The notes: generated by a model from the sequence alone, not told the origin. Shown: positions 29,064 through 42,720, counted from the first letter of the whole stretch. The stretch: DNA of 63,946 bases, filler included, from Reclinomonas americana ATCC 50394 (GCA_048213135.1; 5 parts of 3 records of this genome joined end to end with filler, not necessarily neighbours in it); one strand, 5' to 3'. Translations and numbers: made by a program.

Positions 29064-31095
29064 ATGGTGGAGCCCGCAGCAATCTCGACTCGCTCGAATT
29101 CGAAGCTCCGAGAGCGTGCAATCGATCCACAGAAGTCATTGCTGGATTCGTCGGGATCCTTGCGGTCTCTTTTGTTCTCTCTGCAGCGTTGAGCGCCAGG
29201 TCAATCGCCACTCCCATGCGAAGGCGCTGCTGTGGCCGACTTCTCTTGCACTCGTGTCCTGCAGTGTCCCATCACATATTTTCTCTTTCTCGTCGTCGAG
29301 CGTTCCTCTTTCTCACTCACACTCACTCACAATGGTTTGTCTCGTTGTCTTCCCTGCTCTCACTCCTCTATCTTTCTCGCTCACCGTGTCCACTTCATTG
29401 CACAGGGCATCACCGGAAGCAACGTTACTTTACAATCTCACTCTCTTCTCTCTCTCTGTGCATTCTCCTCACAGCACTCACTCTTTGCGCGCGTTCCTCT
29501 CACACAGCCCTCGGGAAAGTTGCGTACATGAGTGTGACTTTGTGTGAGAAGTCAGTGCGAGAACTTTCTCTCTCATTGTGTCTTTCTTTTTCGCCATGCA
29601 GCATGCCAGTCGAGACGACTACGGCCAGCATCACTGGAGAGGTGCGTTCATGCTCTGTATGTTGTTGACTTGTGTTTTTGTTTTTTATTTGCTTATATAT
29701 TTTTTGTGCAGGATGACTCTGGTGAGTTGGTGTGCTGCAAGTCGGTGGAAAGGAGAGGGAGGAGAAGAGCTTGTTTGTCTTTCCCTCCTTTGTGTGCACG
29801 CTGATCGCGAGAATTTGCTCGACCGCTTCGATATTCGTCCCTAAGTCATTCCTCTTGTCATCTCTGTCATTCGTTGCCTTGCTTGCCACTTGATGTACCT
29901 TGCGCTCCTCGTTCTCTTGTTAGTCACGCATCTCCGCCATTCGTCGCACTCTGTCAAGGCCTGCTTGTCTTGCTTGTCACTCGGAGTGGCTTCGTGTGCC
30001 TTGTTCTCCCTCTTGTCATCTCTGTCATTCGTTGCACTCATTGTAAGCCTTGCTTGCCACTTGATGTGCCTTGCGCTCCTCGTTCTCTTGTTATCCTTGG
30101 CGGCTCTTATGCAAGTCACGCATCTCCGCCATTCGTCGCACTCTTGTCAAGGCGTGCTTGTCTTGCTTGTCACTCGGAGTGGCTTCGTGTGCCTTGTTCT
30201 CCTTGTCTGGTTCCCTAAGCCATTCCCTCTTGTCATCTCTGCCATTAGTCACTCTCCCTTTGCACGCCTTGCTGGCATCATGTGCCTCCTCCTGTTCTCC
30301 CTGGCGGTTCTCATGCAGGTCATTCCGTNNNNNNNNNNNNNNNNNNNNNNNNNNNNNNNNNNNNNNNNNNNNNNNNNNNNNNNNNNNNNNNNNNNNNNNN
30401 NNNNNNNNNNNNNNNNNNNNNNNNNNNNNNNNNNNNNNNNNNNNNNNNNNNNNNNNNNNNNNNNNNNNNNNNNNNNNNNNNNNNNNNNNNNNNNNNNNNN
30501 NNNNNNNNNNNNNNNNNNNNNNNNNNNNNNNNNNNNNNNNNNNNNNNNNNNNNNNNNNNNNNNNNNNNNNNNNNNNNNNNNNNNNNNNNNNNNNNNNNNN
30601 NNNNNNNNNNNNNNNNNNNNNNNNNNNNNNNNNNNNNNNNNNNNNNNNNNNNNNNNNNNNNNNNNNNNNNNNNNNNNNNNNNNNNNNNNNNNNNNNNNNN
30701 NNNNNNNNNNNNNNNNNNNNNNNNNNNNNNNNNNNNNNNNNNNNNNNNNNNNNNNNNNNNNNNNNNNNNNNNNNNNNNNNNNNNNNNNNNNNNNNNNNNN
30801 NNNNNNNNNNNNNNNNNNNNNNNNNNNNNNNNNNNNNNNNNNNNNNNNNNNNNNNNNNNNNCTCCTCCTCCCTCCCCCCCCCTCCCCCTCCTCTCTCTCT
30901 CTGCCTCTCTTTCCTCTCTCTCTCTCTTTCTCTCTCTCCCTCTCCCTCTCCATCGCTCACCCCATCTCTCTCTCTTCCCTCCTCTCAGTGCACGTGTCAT
31001 ACGGAAGCCCGACCCCCGACTCCACCCCCTCGAGCGGCACCACTCAGCCCGACACTGCCTCTCCGCACGCACACAACGGCGACTCGGACATGTAA
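29064..31095 (+). CDS. Putative small low-complexity protein built from micro-exons
   Basis: Phase-consistent GT-AG chain including 18-nt (29406-29423), 11-nt (29508-29518) and 10-nt (29712-29721) exons, giving ...GITGSN|PSGN|MPVETTTASITGE|DDSV...HNGDSDM*. No homology recognised; a gap lies inside. Confidence 0.35.
29850..30250. repeat. Intronic tandem duplication, two full copies and one partial (160-220 bp units)
   Basis: tcttgtcatctctg recurs near 29853, 30011 and 30228; the block gtcacgcatctccgccattcgtcgcactc is duplicated. Confidence 0.85.
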
Positions 31096-31200
31096 AACAC
31101 CTCCCCCCGCACGCACGCAGCAGCAAGCAGACGACTCGGAACTCTTCGAAATGAATGAATGAAATTTGTGTTGTCGCCTACTTGCTTGCTTTTCTCTTTG

Positions 31201-32204
31201 ATGGTCGACGCATGGGACGTGCTGGTTCCACTCGCCTCCAGTGTGTTTGCCGGCTGTGTGGCCGTGGCAGTCACTGTGCTCATTGAAAAGGTCTGCTGCT
31301 GATGCAAGATGCAAGAAGAAGAAGGGAATCACATACTCACTGAAGACTGCAGTGTGGTGGCATTGTCGGAGGAGTGCTTGGATCGGTATAAGGCAGTGGG
31401 CGAGAAGAGTGGCATTGTGTCTGTCTCTCACATACTCCTCCTCTCTTGCAGGTTCCGACCACTGTGGTCCCGAGTGCGATTGGTGACTGTGCAAACTCTC
31501 CTTGCATGCATGCATTGCATCAGTCACCGACTTGTCTCTCTCCGTGCAGGCTGGTACTACGCCGCCCTTCGACGACCCGACAGTCAGGGTGCCTATGATC
31601 CCACCTTTGTCGTGCCTCTACACGCTGTTCCCATGGGCGTTGCGTTGTGCGAGCACGAGAAGAGCAATGGAGACTTGACTCCTCCCTCTGACTCCCCCCC
31701 CTCCCGCAGATGCTGGTCAACGCCGTCTTCCTCTCCGTGTGGAGATTCCTTCCACCTCGCCTCCCCGCCTCCTGGTCCATGGGCCTCCGTCTGGCACTGG
31801 TCATTGTGGCCTCGCTGAGCGTGTGGCTCGTGCTCGGCATCGCCGAGGTGTTCTTTATCAATCATGTGACGCAAGGTCGACCGGCCGAGACGCTGTATGC
31901 GTCGCTGGCGGCCACCGGTACGCTCTTGCTGATTGGACTGGCCATTACGTGGCGACCGGCGCCACCGGCCAAGGGCTCCAAGAAGGTGCCGGGGTATGCG
32001 TACGTGCTGCGGGCGCTGCTGGCCGCTGTCTGCATCGGCATGGCGGTGCTCTTGTCGCAGGCGTCGTCGGCGGTGGCGTCGTTGGTGGCCATTTTCCCGG
32101 CCATATTCTTGACGTCCATGGTGGGTGGGAGGTAGAGGGAAAGGGGACTGGGAAAGAGAGGAGAAGGGGAAGGAGAGAGATAGGGTCAGGGGAAGAGAGG
32201 GATT

Positions 32205-32278
<74 letters not shown>

Positions 32279-32935
32279 AAAACAGACAGGCAGACACAGA
32301 CAGGCAGACAGACAGACAGACAGACAGACAGAAAAACAGACAGGCAGACACAGACAGGCAGACAGACAGACAGACAGACAGACAGACATGCAGAGAGAGA
32401 GAAGAGAGAGAGAGAGAGAAAGAGAGAGAGCGAAACAGACAGACAGGTTCCTTTCCTCCCGCTCACTCTCCATCTCCTGCCCAACAGATCGCCACCTCGG
32501 TCTCGCAAGGCAACGCCGTGTCGGGCGGCGCCGTCGGTCCACTCATGGTGCGTCTTCCACCAGTCTCTTACCATCGTTCGTCCCTCTCTGCTGACCTCAC
32601 TCGCTGGCAGCTGGGCGCTATGAGTGTCTCGGCGTACGCCATGACGTACCCCACCATCACTCAGCTAGTCGGTTCACCCTGGATTGCCATGGTTCGGCTC
32701 TCGCATCTCTCTTTCTTGTCACCTGCCGCTCACGCGCTTCACACAGCCCATTTGCTGGGTGCTGGCCGTCGGCGGCGTCTCCATTCCCGTCTTTCTGTGG
32801 ATCCGCTGGCGCAATCTAAAGACCAACGGGAGCCCCACGGCACCACCGCCGTCCTCCGTAAACGACGACTCGGCAGCCGCCACCGCGGCCACTGTAGAAT
32901 TCGAGCTGCTCGAGCAGGGCGCTAATGGAAAATAA
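31201..32935 (+). CDS. Multi-pass membrane protein, internally duplicated DUF3147-like
   Basis: Spliced product MVDAWDVLVPLASSVFAGCVAVAVTVLIEK|CGGIVGGVLGS|VPTTVVPSAI|G...MLVNAVFLSVWRFLPP...ASLVAIFPAIFLTSM|IATSVSQGNAVSGGAVGPLM|LGAMSVSAYA has many hydrophobic helices and ends TAA at 32933-32935. Confidence 0.7.
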
Positions 32936-33081
32936 AGGAGAAGCACGATAGACGAACGCAAGATGAGCTTCACTCATCATTTTTCGCGTCACAGTGATCA
33001 GGCGCCACAATGCACGGCCAGCTTATCCACTCGCTTGAGCCGAGCAACTACTATAGCACGTCTTCTCCGCCTGGCACACAA

Positions 33082-34144
33082 TCACTTGCAGCAAATCCAC
33101 ACATGCACATGCGACAGATCCTCGGCATCGGAGGCCGCCGCTGACTCTGCGCCTTCAGTCGCATCACCCAGCGCTATGCAGCTAATGGAGCTCCACAGTG
33201 GCGACTCCGCATCCACGTGCTGCTGCGCCAACACACGCCGTGTGTATTCCGCCTCGTGGCCCGATACGCACACGTAGAGACCGCCGGGGCGCAACACACG
33301 ATGCGTTTCCCGCACCAGCTCCCACCCACGACTGCTCGCCTCGTCGTCCACACTCAACAGCGCGTCCAGCGTGCCCTTGTCCAGCGCCACGGCAAACATC
33401 TCGGCCGGCAGCGGCATGCTGCAGGCGTCCAGCTGCCAGTACAACATGCAAGGAAACTGCGCACATTGCGATCAACAACAGGGCGGAGTCGAGAGAGAGG
33501 CACTGCACGGGAACTGTGGAATCCGTCAGCAGCGACACCACCAACTCGGCCTCGGAGAAGCACACACAGTCGACGGCATTGACGGTGGCCACGCGATCGC
33601 CGACTCGACGCTGGCACACCTCCGCACTCTGCGCCAGCAGGTGAGCGTTGGAGGCCAGTGTCACAGTGTGTATGAAGAGCACACCTTTCGTGCTCCTCGA
33701 CTTCCCTTGACCACAGCACAGGAGGTGAGCGACTGCACTTGCTGTGCCACTGCCTCGGGGCAAATGTCGACACTGAGGCATCGACTGACGAGACACTCTG
33801 GAGAGAGAGGGAGAGCGTGAGAGACTGCGCACGTGCACGTGTGAGAGAGTGTGAGTGAAAGCACCTGCGAATAGATCGCGATCGAGTGTCGAGTTTCCGC
33901 ATCCCAGCTGCAGCACTGGATCGTGTTCTGCGCTCAGCTGCAGTGCCTTGCGCAGTGCTGCACGCAGTCGCTCATTCGTCGGCGACACGTACCACTCGTA
34001 AGGGCGACTGAAGGATCTTTGTTTGTGAGAGGCGGTGGTTTCTTCTTCTGTTTTTCGTTCTTCTCACCGTCCATGCTGTTGCTTCCCGTAGAATGCACTC
34101 CAGTACTCGGGGTCGGAGGGGATGAGCTCTCCAAAGTCGCACAT
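33082..34144 (-). CDS. Class I SAM-dependent methyltransferase, EEF1AKMT4/METTL13-N-like
   Basis: MCDFGELIPSDPEYWSAFY...PYEWY; motif I VLQLGCGNS; WQLDACSM; ALDKGTLDALL; HRVLRPGGLYVCVS. Confidence 0.85.
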
Positions 34145-34221
34145 GACGGAAGAAGCACGCACGCAGGACGACTGCGAAGTGCGCAGCCTCCTTCGGCTGA
34201 CGCGCCACGGCGATCAGTTCC

Positions 34222-37200
34222 TCAACCACCTTCCATTTTCCCCCATTGACNNNNNNNNNNNNNNNNNNNNGATTGATAACATGCATACAGTACACTTGAC
34301 GCGTTTACAAGAATGGCTCGAGCATCTCCTTGAGTTCCACCAGACGACCTGTGTGTGGAGAAGAAGAGGTGAGCAGGAGGAGGGGGGAGACAGAAACACA
34401 GAAGTGTTGAACCTTCGAGGAGTTCTTGGAAGGGGATCATTTGTTGCGGGGCGAATTCACGCGAGGTCTGCAGGGTGAGCTGCAGTACTTGCACGTGTGC
34501 TCGCATGGCCTGTTGCGGAATAAGGAGGTGTGTGAGCAATCGAGAGGACACGAGGGATCAGGTGAGGCAAATGCAGTGCAGTGACTCGCGCTGGGTAGCG
34601 GTGCTCTCTCTCTCTGCCCTCTCTCTCTGTCTCTCTCTCTCTCTCTGCTTCTATTCGTCTGTGTGTCTGTCTATCTCCATAGCTACTCTCTTGCACTCCT
34701 GCTCTAAATACCATACACATGAGAGACTCGTCTCCTTTGCACGCAGTTGTGCATTTTCAGCTTCTCGTCTTCTCCCTTTCCTTCCGTCCTCCTATCTCTC
34801 TCNNNNNNNNNNNNNNNNNNNNNNNNNNNNNNNNNNNNNNNNNNNNTTAATTAATTAANNNNNNNNNNNNNNNNNNNNNNNNNNNNNNNNNNNNNNNNNN
34901 NNCGGTCCTGAGCAAAGGTGCCACTGCGCCGGTATGCCGAGTCGCGTGCATTGGGCGCCCGTGATGCTCGTCGCTCTGCAACGCGATCGATGAGAATCGC
35001 GCATCAAAGAGAAGCAGCAGAACACCACGCACACACACACACACGCACGCACTCAAACATACACACATGGAGAGGACAGGCGAGGCTAGAGAAGAGAGAG
35101 AAAGTGAGTGAGAAAGAGAAAGAGAGAGGGGGAGAAATACACGAGAGAGAGCGAAAGGTGCCGTTATGAGTTGAGAGTCGTCTCGAAAGCGCGACGCAAT
35201 CTTCTCCCCCTCTCTCTTTCTCACTCGTTTACTCTCTTCTCTTCTCTTGCTTCTCCTTTCTCCTCTCTAACATACACACTCTCTGTCTCTCTTCTTCTTA
35301 TTCTTCTTCTTCTCTAGCTTCTCCTGTCTTCTGTAGCACGCACTCTCTCTCCGTCTCTCTTCTTCTTCTTCTTTTTCTCTTTTTTCTTTTGCTTCACCCG
35401 TCTTTTCTCTAACACACACTCTCTGTCTCTCCTTCTCACTCTCCAATTCTTTCTCCTTTTGCTCTTGCTTCACCTGTATTCTCTCTAACAAACACACACA
35501 CACACACTCAGTCTCTCCTTCTCTCTCCTTCTTCTTCATCTTCGTCTTCTCTACCCGAGCCTCTTCTGTCACCATACACACTCTCTCACTCACTTACTCT
35601 CTCCTTCCCCCTTCACTCCCTCCCTCTCCCCCTTTCCCCTTCCTCTCCCTTCCCCCTCCTCCCCCTCCTTTTCACTCACCATCACCACGCTTGCTCTCGC
35701 GCAACCGCCAATTAAAGTACAGCGCCGTGTGCAAAATCTCATCGAAAACCAAATAAAGTGTCTCGTCGCGCAGCTCGGTACCCTGTCGAACACAGTGAGC
35801 ATCACTCGCATCTTCCTCCCCCTCCTTCCCCTTAATCTGCGTAACCTCCACGCCGCTCTCGTAGGCGTCGACCAGCGAGGCCAAAATCGACACGCACACC
35901 GCGCGATCCTTCTCGCTGCCGTTCACGTAGCGCTTGACTTCGGCGATAAACACCGGCAGCACAATGCGACGCGACTCCTCCTGCACCAGCAAGTCGCTGC
36001 CGCACAATTTGCGAATCAGTTCCAGCTTGCCGACCACATGATTGCCTTTGATGTCGTGACGCTGGTCGGCCTCGATGTAGCTGACCACGAAATGCGCAAT
36101 CTCCGAGTGCGAGAACGAGCCGGCCAGCGCTTCGAACATGGTGCTGATGTGCTGTGTGTGATGGAAAGAGTGGTGGTTAGCGAGTGGAAAGAGGGGAGAG
36201 AGAGAGACAAGAGACAGAGCGCGCGCGACTCACCTTGACTGTCTTGTCTTGCACGGCAATGACAAACGGCGGTTCACGCAGTCGCATCATGTCACACAGC
36301 GCCTTGTTCAGGTTCTCCACTTGCCGCCGGAACAAATTGGTCTCTTCGGCCGTGGTACGCGATGGGCCATCGAGAATCGAGTCTGTCGAGCACATGTGAG
36401 CAATTCACCAAGCAACAGCCGAGTCCATCATCACACACAGACCGGAAATGGACGAGCGACCAATGATGGAGACCGTGCGACTCTGCAAGTCCCACTTGAG
36501 CTTCGAGGCAATGACGAAGCGGAACATGTAGTCCAGAGCCTGCGCGTGAGGGGATGAGGAAGCCGACCCGACTTCTGGTGCACTTCACTGTCACCGACAA
36601 CGCACCTTGGTCAACTTCATGACCACATCCTTGTGGGAGCTGTCGGCGACATTCTGCAAATCCGACATCATGCAGTCCAGCAGCTTGATGTGCACACCGC
36701 TAAAAGTAAAGAAGCGCTCAATGTACTGGTCCAGGATCACGCGACAGTTGGCGAATTTGGTGCCGGACAGTTGGCCAATTGTGTACACCAAGTCGTCGTA
36801 GCTGCGCGACGGGTGAGTGACACAACGAGGGGAAACGAGTCTCAGAGAAGGAGACGCAACACAAGACGGCACACGGACTCCTCTTGCCGCGACATGAGAA
36901 TGTGGAAGAGGGCATCGAAAATCTCGCGCAAAAACTGCACAGCGTTTCGTGAGTGTCACCTGCTTCTTGACTATCGAGCAACCACACAAACCTTGACGCT
37001 CTCTGTAAAATCAATGAATGAGAAGCGGCGTAGCAGCTCCTCCAGGTCGCCGCGGTACGAGCGCCACTTGAGAAGGCTGTTGAGACACTCTGTGGGAGGC
37101 ACAGGCTTCGGGTGAGCTCAAAATCGAATACACAATCGTGAAGGAGAGCCGTACCGTCTTGCGTGACACGAGTGGAGACCAGTCGCGTGCGAATGCGGAG

Positions 37201-40200
37201 CACCTCCTTTCGCAGGCCTTGCATCTCCGCTTGCTCAGCTGGGCGGGCGAATAAGAAGTGAGCACTGAGACTCTTCACTCACACAGGAGATGCCAGTGAA
37301 ATCTCACCAGCCGACACGCGAATCAGGTCCTTGAGGGGAATGTTGGCCGCCGGCCCCGATGTCCGCAGCATGGGCACCGAAGAGACGCCATCTGGCACAA
37401 TCAAGCCGTCCTGTGTTGCCACCTTGAACAGGCCAAAGGCGATGGGGTCCGGTTGGTGAAGCTTGTCTGTGGGGGGAGGGAGGAAGGGAGAAGGGAGAAG
37501 GGAGAAGGGAGAAGGGAGGAAGGGAGGAAGGGAGGAAGGGAGTAAGGGAGGAAGAGAGGAAGAGAGGAAGAGAGGAAGAGAGGAAGAGAGGAAGAGAGGA
37601 AGGGAGGGAAGGGGGAGGAGGGAGGGAAGGAAGGGAAGGGAGGGAAAGAGACGGGGAAGACGAAGCGAATGAGAAAAGAGGAGAACAGATAAGTAGGGGG
37701 AAGGGAAGGAAAGAGGGAGAGAAAGAAATAAGGAAGCCGGAAAGGGAAGGAGGAAGGGAGGAAGGAAGGAAGGGAGGAAGGGAGCACGGAGGAAGGGATC
37801 ACGTGGAAGGAGGAGGAAGGGAGGAGGGAGGAAGGGAGGAAGAGAGGAAGGGAGGAATGGGGAGTATGGGGTAGATCGAAAGAGAAAGAGGGAAAGAGAG
37901 AGAGAGAGAGAGCGTGTGTCAGTCAAGCGCAACAACAGTCGACTGTCGCCTACGACGCGACGCAACGAGGCTTCAGCGACACGTGGTACAGCATGACAAA
38001 CACCCACGAGTGTTCAAGCACATTCTTCTCCACCGAGAAACGGATGGTTTCGCGCCATTGCGGCGTGGTGACGTGATAGTACACCGACGAGCGGTACTCG
38101 GTGACGGCGTCGAATCCGGACGCACGGCGAAGCGAGTTCTGCGGTTGTGAGAGAAATGGTAAGAGGGAGAGGAAAGAAGAAGAGAGGACAAGAAAAGAAA
38201 CGCACCGGGATAATGTCACCGCTTCCATTGACCAGGGCAACAGACACCTCCACGCTCTTGGATTCGGCGCCCATGGTGCCGGATTCTGGAGTGGAGAGCG
38301 TCAGAGCCAGCAAAATGCGTGATATGCGCACGACGATAAACTCACCAAGCGTGACATAAAAGTCATTGCGGAACTCGGTCGGCTCAATGACTTCGGGGAA
38401 GCCGAACTTGGGCGTCCGGTTCACTTCCTGCACACGCAAGCATCGGCAGCGAGTGACGACAAAGGAGAAGACAGGAAGGTTGTCACGAAGATGCACTCAC
38501 CCTCAGAGCCGGATTCTCGGCCAGAATCTGGTCCAAAGTGCCGGGGAACATGGTGACGCCCACGCGCAATGCGGCAGGACGTTGTGGTCGTTCCATGCCA
38601 CCGGCGTTGTCGATCAGCACTGCGGGAGGGAAGGGAAGGGTGGGGCACCGTGAGAATAACCGAAAGGGAGCATGCAAGAAAGTAATGAAAGAAATGCAAA
38701 AAAGAGAGAATGAGAGAAAACTTACAAACGAGGAAGAGTGAGGGCGCAGATGAATGGGAAGGAATCGCAAGAAAGAAAGAGACAGATATGCTGAACACGG
38801 CAAAGAGAGAGATAGGGAAACATAGAAATGAACCTCGGAGAAAGTGAGAAGAGAGCACACCGTGGGGAAAGGAAATGCAGGGATACTGAGTATGAAGAAA
38901 TAAGAAAGCGAGAGAGAGAGAGAGAGATACATAAGACCGAAGAGCCGAAGGAGCGGACGAAAAAGTGACAAGAAGAGACCGCAACGCCAACCACGGCAGC
39001 GGGAATGAGGGACAGTGAGAGAGTACACACAGAGAAAATCGTACTGTGCCGCCCTTCTACTGTCAACGCAACAGTCATGCGCCATGGCAAAACTGCCCTC
39101 ATCACGAGGGCACATGAAATCGAGTGGCTCCGGCATCCACTCCTGCTCCTCGGCGAGATCCGTGCGCAGTACTTGGCCGGCCAGCGGCAGCACAGCGATG
39201 GCGTACGGGCGGAGATAATCAGTCTGCATATCAATTAAGAAATGAGTTCGAGAGAAGGCAAGCACACACGACAAGGGACACACACACTCTCTCAATTCTC
39301 CTGCCTCTCTCATTCTCTTACGGTCATGCAGCTCTCTCTCTCTCTCTCTCTCACTGTTTCTCTCGTCTCTCACTGCTCCTATTGAGTACTCAATAGTTAT
39401 ATGCGAAACAGGGGTGTTGAGAAATTACATGTGCATGCCTGTCTGTCTTTGTACGTGTGTCTCTCTCCGTGAGTGCGAGGCTGACACGAGCGAGGGAGCG
39501 AGAGAGAGCGATGACGATTTCGAGCGCTGTTCGTGAACTGTGAGGATCTGTAACGCACCCTTGCACCCGGACGAATCGGCTGATCCTGATGCACAGCGCC
39601 CTGGCGATAGACGCGCACCACCAGGCACAGTCGCGAGTTGACATCGTCGCGCACAATGTCGGTGAAAATGGTGCGCAGATTGCCCAGCAGCTGGCGATCC
39701 ACCGGAATGCCCGTGTCGGCCAGCTTCACACCGTAGTCCTCGGTGAGGAACTGTCGCTTCTCCATGCTGTAGAGCGACAGGAAGACGTGCATTGGCTCGC
39801 CCGTCTGCGCATGGGAAGCGGAACGAAAAGGCAAGATCAGAAATGAGGTGATGAACGTGCAACGAGTTGGTGGCCAGGCGCAACATTAAACGACATGCTC
39901 TTGATGTCCACCATGAAGGCGTACGAGCCGTCGGACAGCTCCAGGCGGTCGGCAGCACCCGACATGCCGGCTGAGGGTGCCTTGTTGGCTGGTGCGCGGC
40001 GCTGTGGATGTACAATCATGGGCACATACAAAGGGCAAAGAAAGAGAGAAGGAGGGAAAGGGGGAGAGGGAGAATGGGAGAGGGAGGGAGGGGAGAGGGG
40101 AGGGGAGAGGAGAGGAGAGGGAGAGGAGAGGAGAGGAGAGGAGAGGAGAGGAGAGGAGAGGAGAGGAGAGGAGAGGAGAGGAGAGGAGAGGAGAGGAGAG

Positions 40201-42720
40201 GAGAGAGAGAGAAGAGANNNNNNNNNNNNNNNNNNNNNNNNNNNNNNNNNNNNNNNNNNNNNNNNNNNNNNNNNNNNNNNNNNNNNNNNNNNNNNNNNNN
40301 NNNNNNNNNNNNNNNNNNNNNNNNNNNNNNNNNNNNNNNNNNNNNNNNNNNNNNNNNNNNNNNNNNNNNNNNNNNNNNNNNNNNNNAGGGAGAGGAAGAG
40401 AAAGAGAAAGAGAAAGAGAAAGAGAAAGAGAAAGAGAACGAGAAAGAGAAAGACGGAGAGCGAGAGGGAGAGGACAAATAGAGGGAAAACAGCACGCGGT
40501 CACACGCCATGACAATCATCACCCACACGCACCCCTTTCCTCCCGCTAATGAGATCGCTCTTGCGCTTCTCCTCCATGCGCCGGTGTTGCTCGTCGAGCA
40601 GCTTGCGTTGTTGTTCCGTGTGCTACGCACGCACACCACCGCCGTCAGCACAGACTCAACACGACAATCTCCACACACACACACACCGCACCTGACGGAA
40701 GAGCTCCACCACACCAGTGTTGAATTCGTCGGCACGCTGACCCTTCTTCTCGCCCTTGGACACACGCACAATCATGTCGAGGTCGAGCATGCGTGAGCCT
40801 TCCTCGATTTGCTTGATGATGCGCACTTTGAGTTCCTCGCGTTGTGCCTGAAAAAGGATAAGTGAGCAAGAGACGAGGAGTGCTTGGTATACGGAGGTTG
40901 TGCACATACTTCAGAGATGCCCGCGGACATGATCTGCTTGCGCCAGTCGACCAGGTTGGTCATGCGCTTCTTCAGCATGTCGTACTCGCTGTGGCGTCCG
41001 TCCTGCGGCGGTGGAGGGGAAAGGGCAAGAGGGGGGGAAGGGGATGAGGAGATGCGCGAAGTCGTTGACGGGCAGCAGGGCAACGAGATCAAAAAGAGGG
41101 GGGATTGCACAAGGCATGAAATAAGCACAAGGGGAAAAGGAAAAGGAAGAGAAAGAAAACATGGACAAAAGGAAATGAAATTCGAGTTGGGAGGGGAAGA
41201 AAGACACACATAGAGGGAACGGAATTCAACAACACGAATGCCAGGGAAGAGAAGAAAAGCGAAACATGGGCAGCATGGAAGGAGCGAAGCAGGAATGTGA
41301 AATAGGCGACAAGACAAACTTGGGGCAACACGGCAAAGAGGTCAACAGCACAGAGACCGCGGAAAAGGAGAAACAGCAAACATGAGCGGAGACGGGGTGG
41401 GCGCAGTTCACGCTGAGAAAGAACAGCGGAAGGAATGGAAGCGGATGGAGTGAGAGCGAAAGAACGAGAAGAAAGAACAGAAGACAGAAGAGAGTAAGAG
41501 GGACAGGTAAAGACGACGTGAAGCATCCCTTCTCCCGCCTCACCTGCGCCAGCTTCTTCAACTCCAGTCCCCACTCGCGCAGCACATCAATCATTTCGTT
41601 CACCAGTGGGTCCTCATTCTGTGTGAGACCTACAGAACGAAGAGCCGCTGAATCGCCATGAGGCCTCGAAGCAGGGATGGGAGAAACAAAGAACGCGGCG
41701 TGTATGGGCGCACACCAACCTGCATGGGCGAGGGCGGCCTCGAGTGTGCCGTCGACCAACTCGATGTAGTTGACGGGGAAGATGCCCTTTTTCTTGGCGG
41801 AGATGAGGTAGCCCTTGAACCTGCACGAAGGGGAAGGGGAAAGTGAGAAGAGGAAGGAGGGAGAGGGGAGAGAAAAGAGGGTGGACTTTGCTTTCTCGTA
41901 TTCGTAATGCATTAAGAGAGTGCACACGTGTGTGCGTGGGAGTCACAAACGTTTGCCATGCATCAGAACGTCACTAACGAGTGTGTTCAAGTGTGCAGGT
42001 GATGAGCGTGCCAATGCATAGATAATCACTTTCTGAAGGCAAGATGTGCATCATGACGCTCTGATCCTCGTGCACTGTCTCCAAGAGCGAGTGCGCACGA
42101 GTGCGGGAAAACGTGTTTCAACAAGCGCAAACACACAATCGCTCAGACTGTGGATAATCTCTTTCTGCGCGTCTGAAGACAAACTGTGCAACATGACGCT
42201 CTGATCCTTGTGCACTGTCTCCAGAGCGAGTGCGCACGAGTGTGCGTGCGACAGCGCTTGCACGAGCGCGCCAATGCATAGACAATCTCATTCTGTGCGT
42301 CTGAAGACAAGCTGTGTATCCTGACGATTCCATCCTCGTGCACTGTCTGCAAAAGTGAGGAGTGCGTGCGTGCGGGAGAACGAAATTAACACGCGATCTA
42401 TTAGCCTCACTGCCTGTGCATGCGTCCGAAGACCGAGCTGTGCAAATGCGCATGTGATTGGGCGACATCCTCACAGCCTCTCTTCTGTGCCTGTGGACTC
42501 TCGTCTTACTCGCTCACAGCCTCACTGTCCGCCCGTGCTTCCCCTTTCTGCGTGCTTGCACGCACCATCCACCCTTCTCCTCTCGCACTTCCACGATATC
42601 GCCCTTGTTCAGTGACAGTTGATGCCGTCCGTTCGCAGCAAACGGATACACAGCTGCAGGCGGCGAAAAACAACATGATCAGCATGCGGAAATACACAAA
42701 GGCCCTCTGAAACTCGTCGT
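34222..42720 (-). CDS. DOCK: SH3-containing DOCK-A/B-type Rac GEF; most of DHR-2 missing in the linker gap, start not located
   Basis: SH3: VYPFAANGRHQLSLNKGDIVEVREEKGGW|FKGY...KGIFPVNYI. DOCK-N: EDPLVNEMIDVLREW, LVDWRKQIM, GSRMLDLDMIVR. Also FLTEDY, RTIFTD, LRPYAIAVL. DHR-1/C2: KFGFPEVIEPTEFRNDFYVTL, YRSSVYYHVTTPQWRETI. A DHR-2 lobe-C-like tail (AMRAHVQVLQLTLQTSRRLVELKEMLEPF) lies beyond the linker; the stop position is tentative. Confidence 0.9.
34803..34902. other. Artificial contig-join spacer
   Basis: TTAATTAATTAA at 34847-34858 flanked by N runs. Confidence 0.95.
42005..42350. repeat. ~140-bp intronic tandem duplication in DOCK
   Basis: atgacgctctgatcct.gtgcactgtctcca recurs at about 42053 and 42193; gtctgaagacaa and gccaatgcataga are duplicated. 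Confidence 0.8.

Noticed and set aside
31120..31162. DDSELFEMNE* resembling a 4E-BP TOS motif
   Set aside because: It is out of frame with the upstream exon, which stops at 31095, and no eIF4E-binding motif was found.
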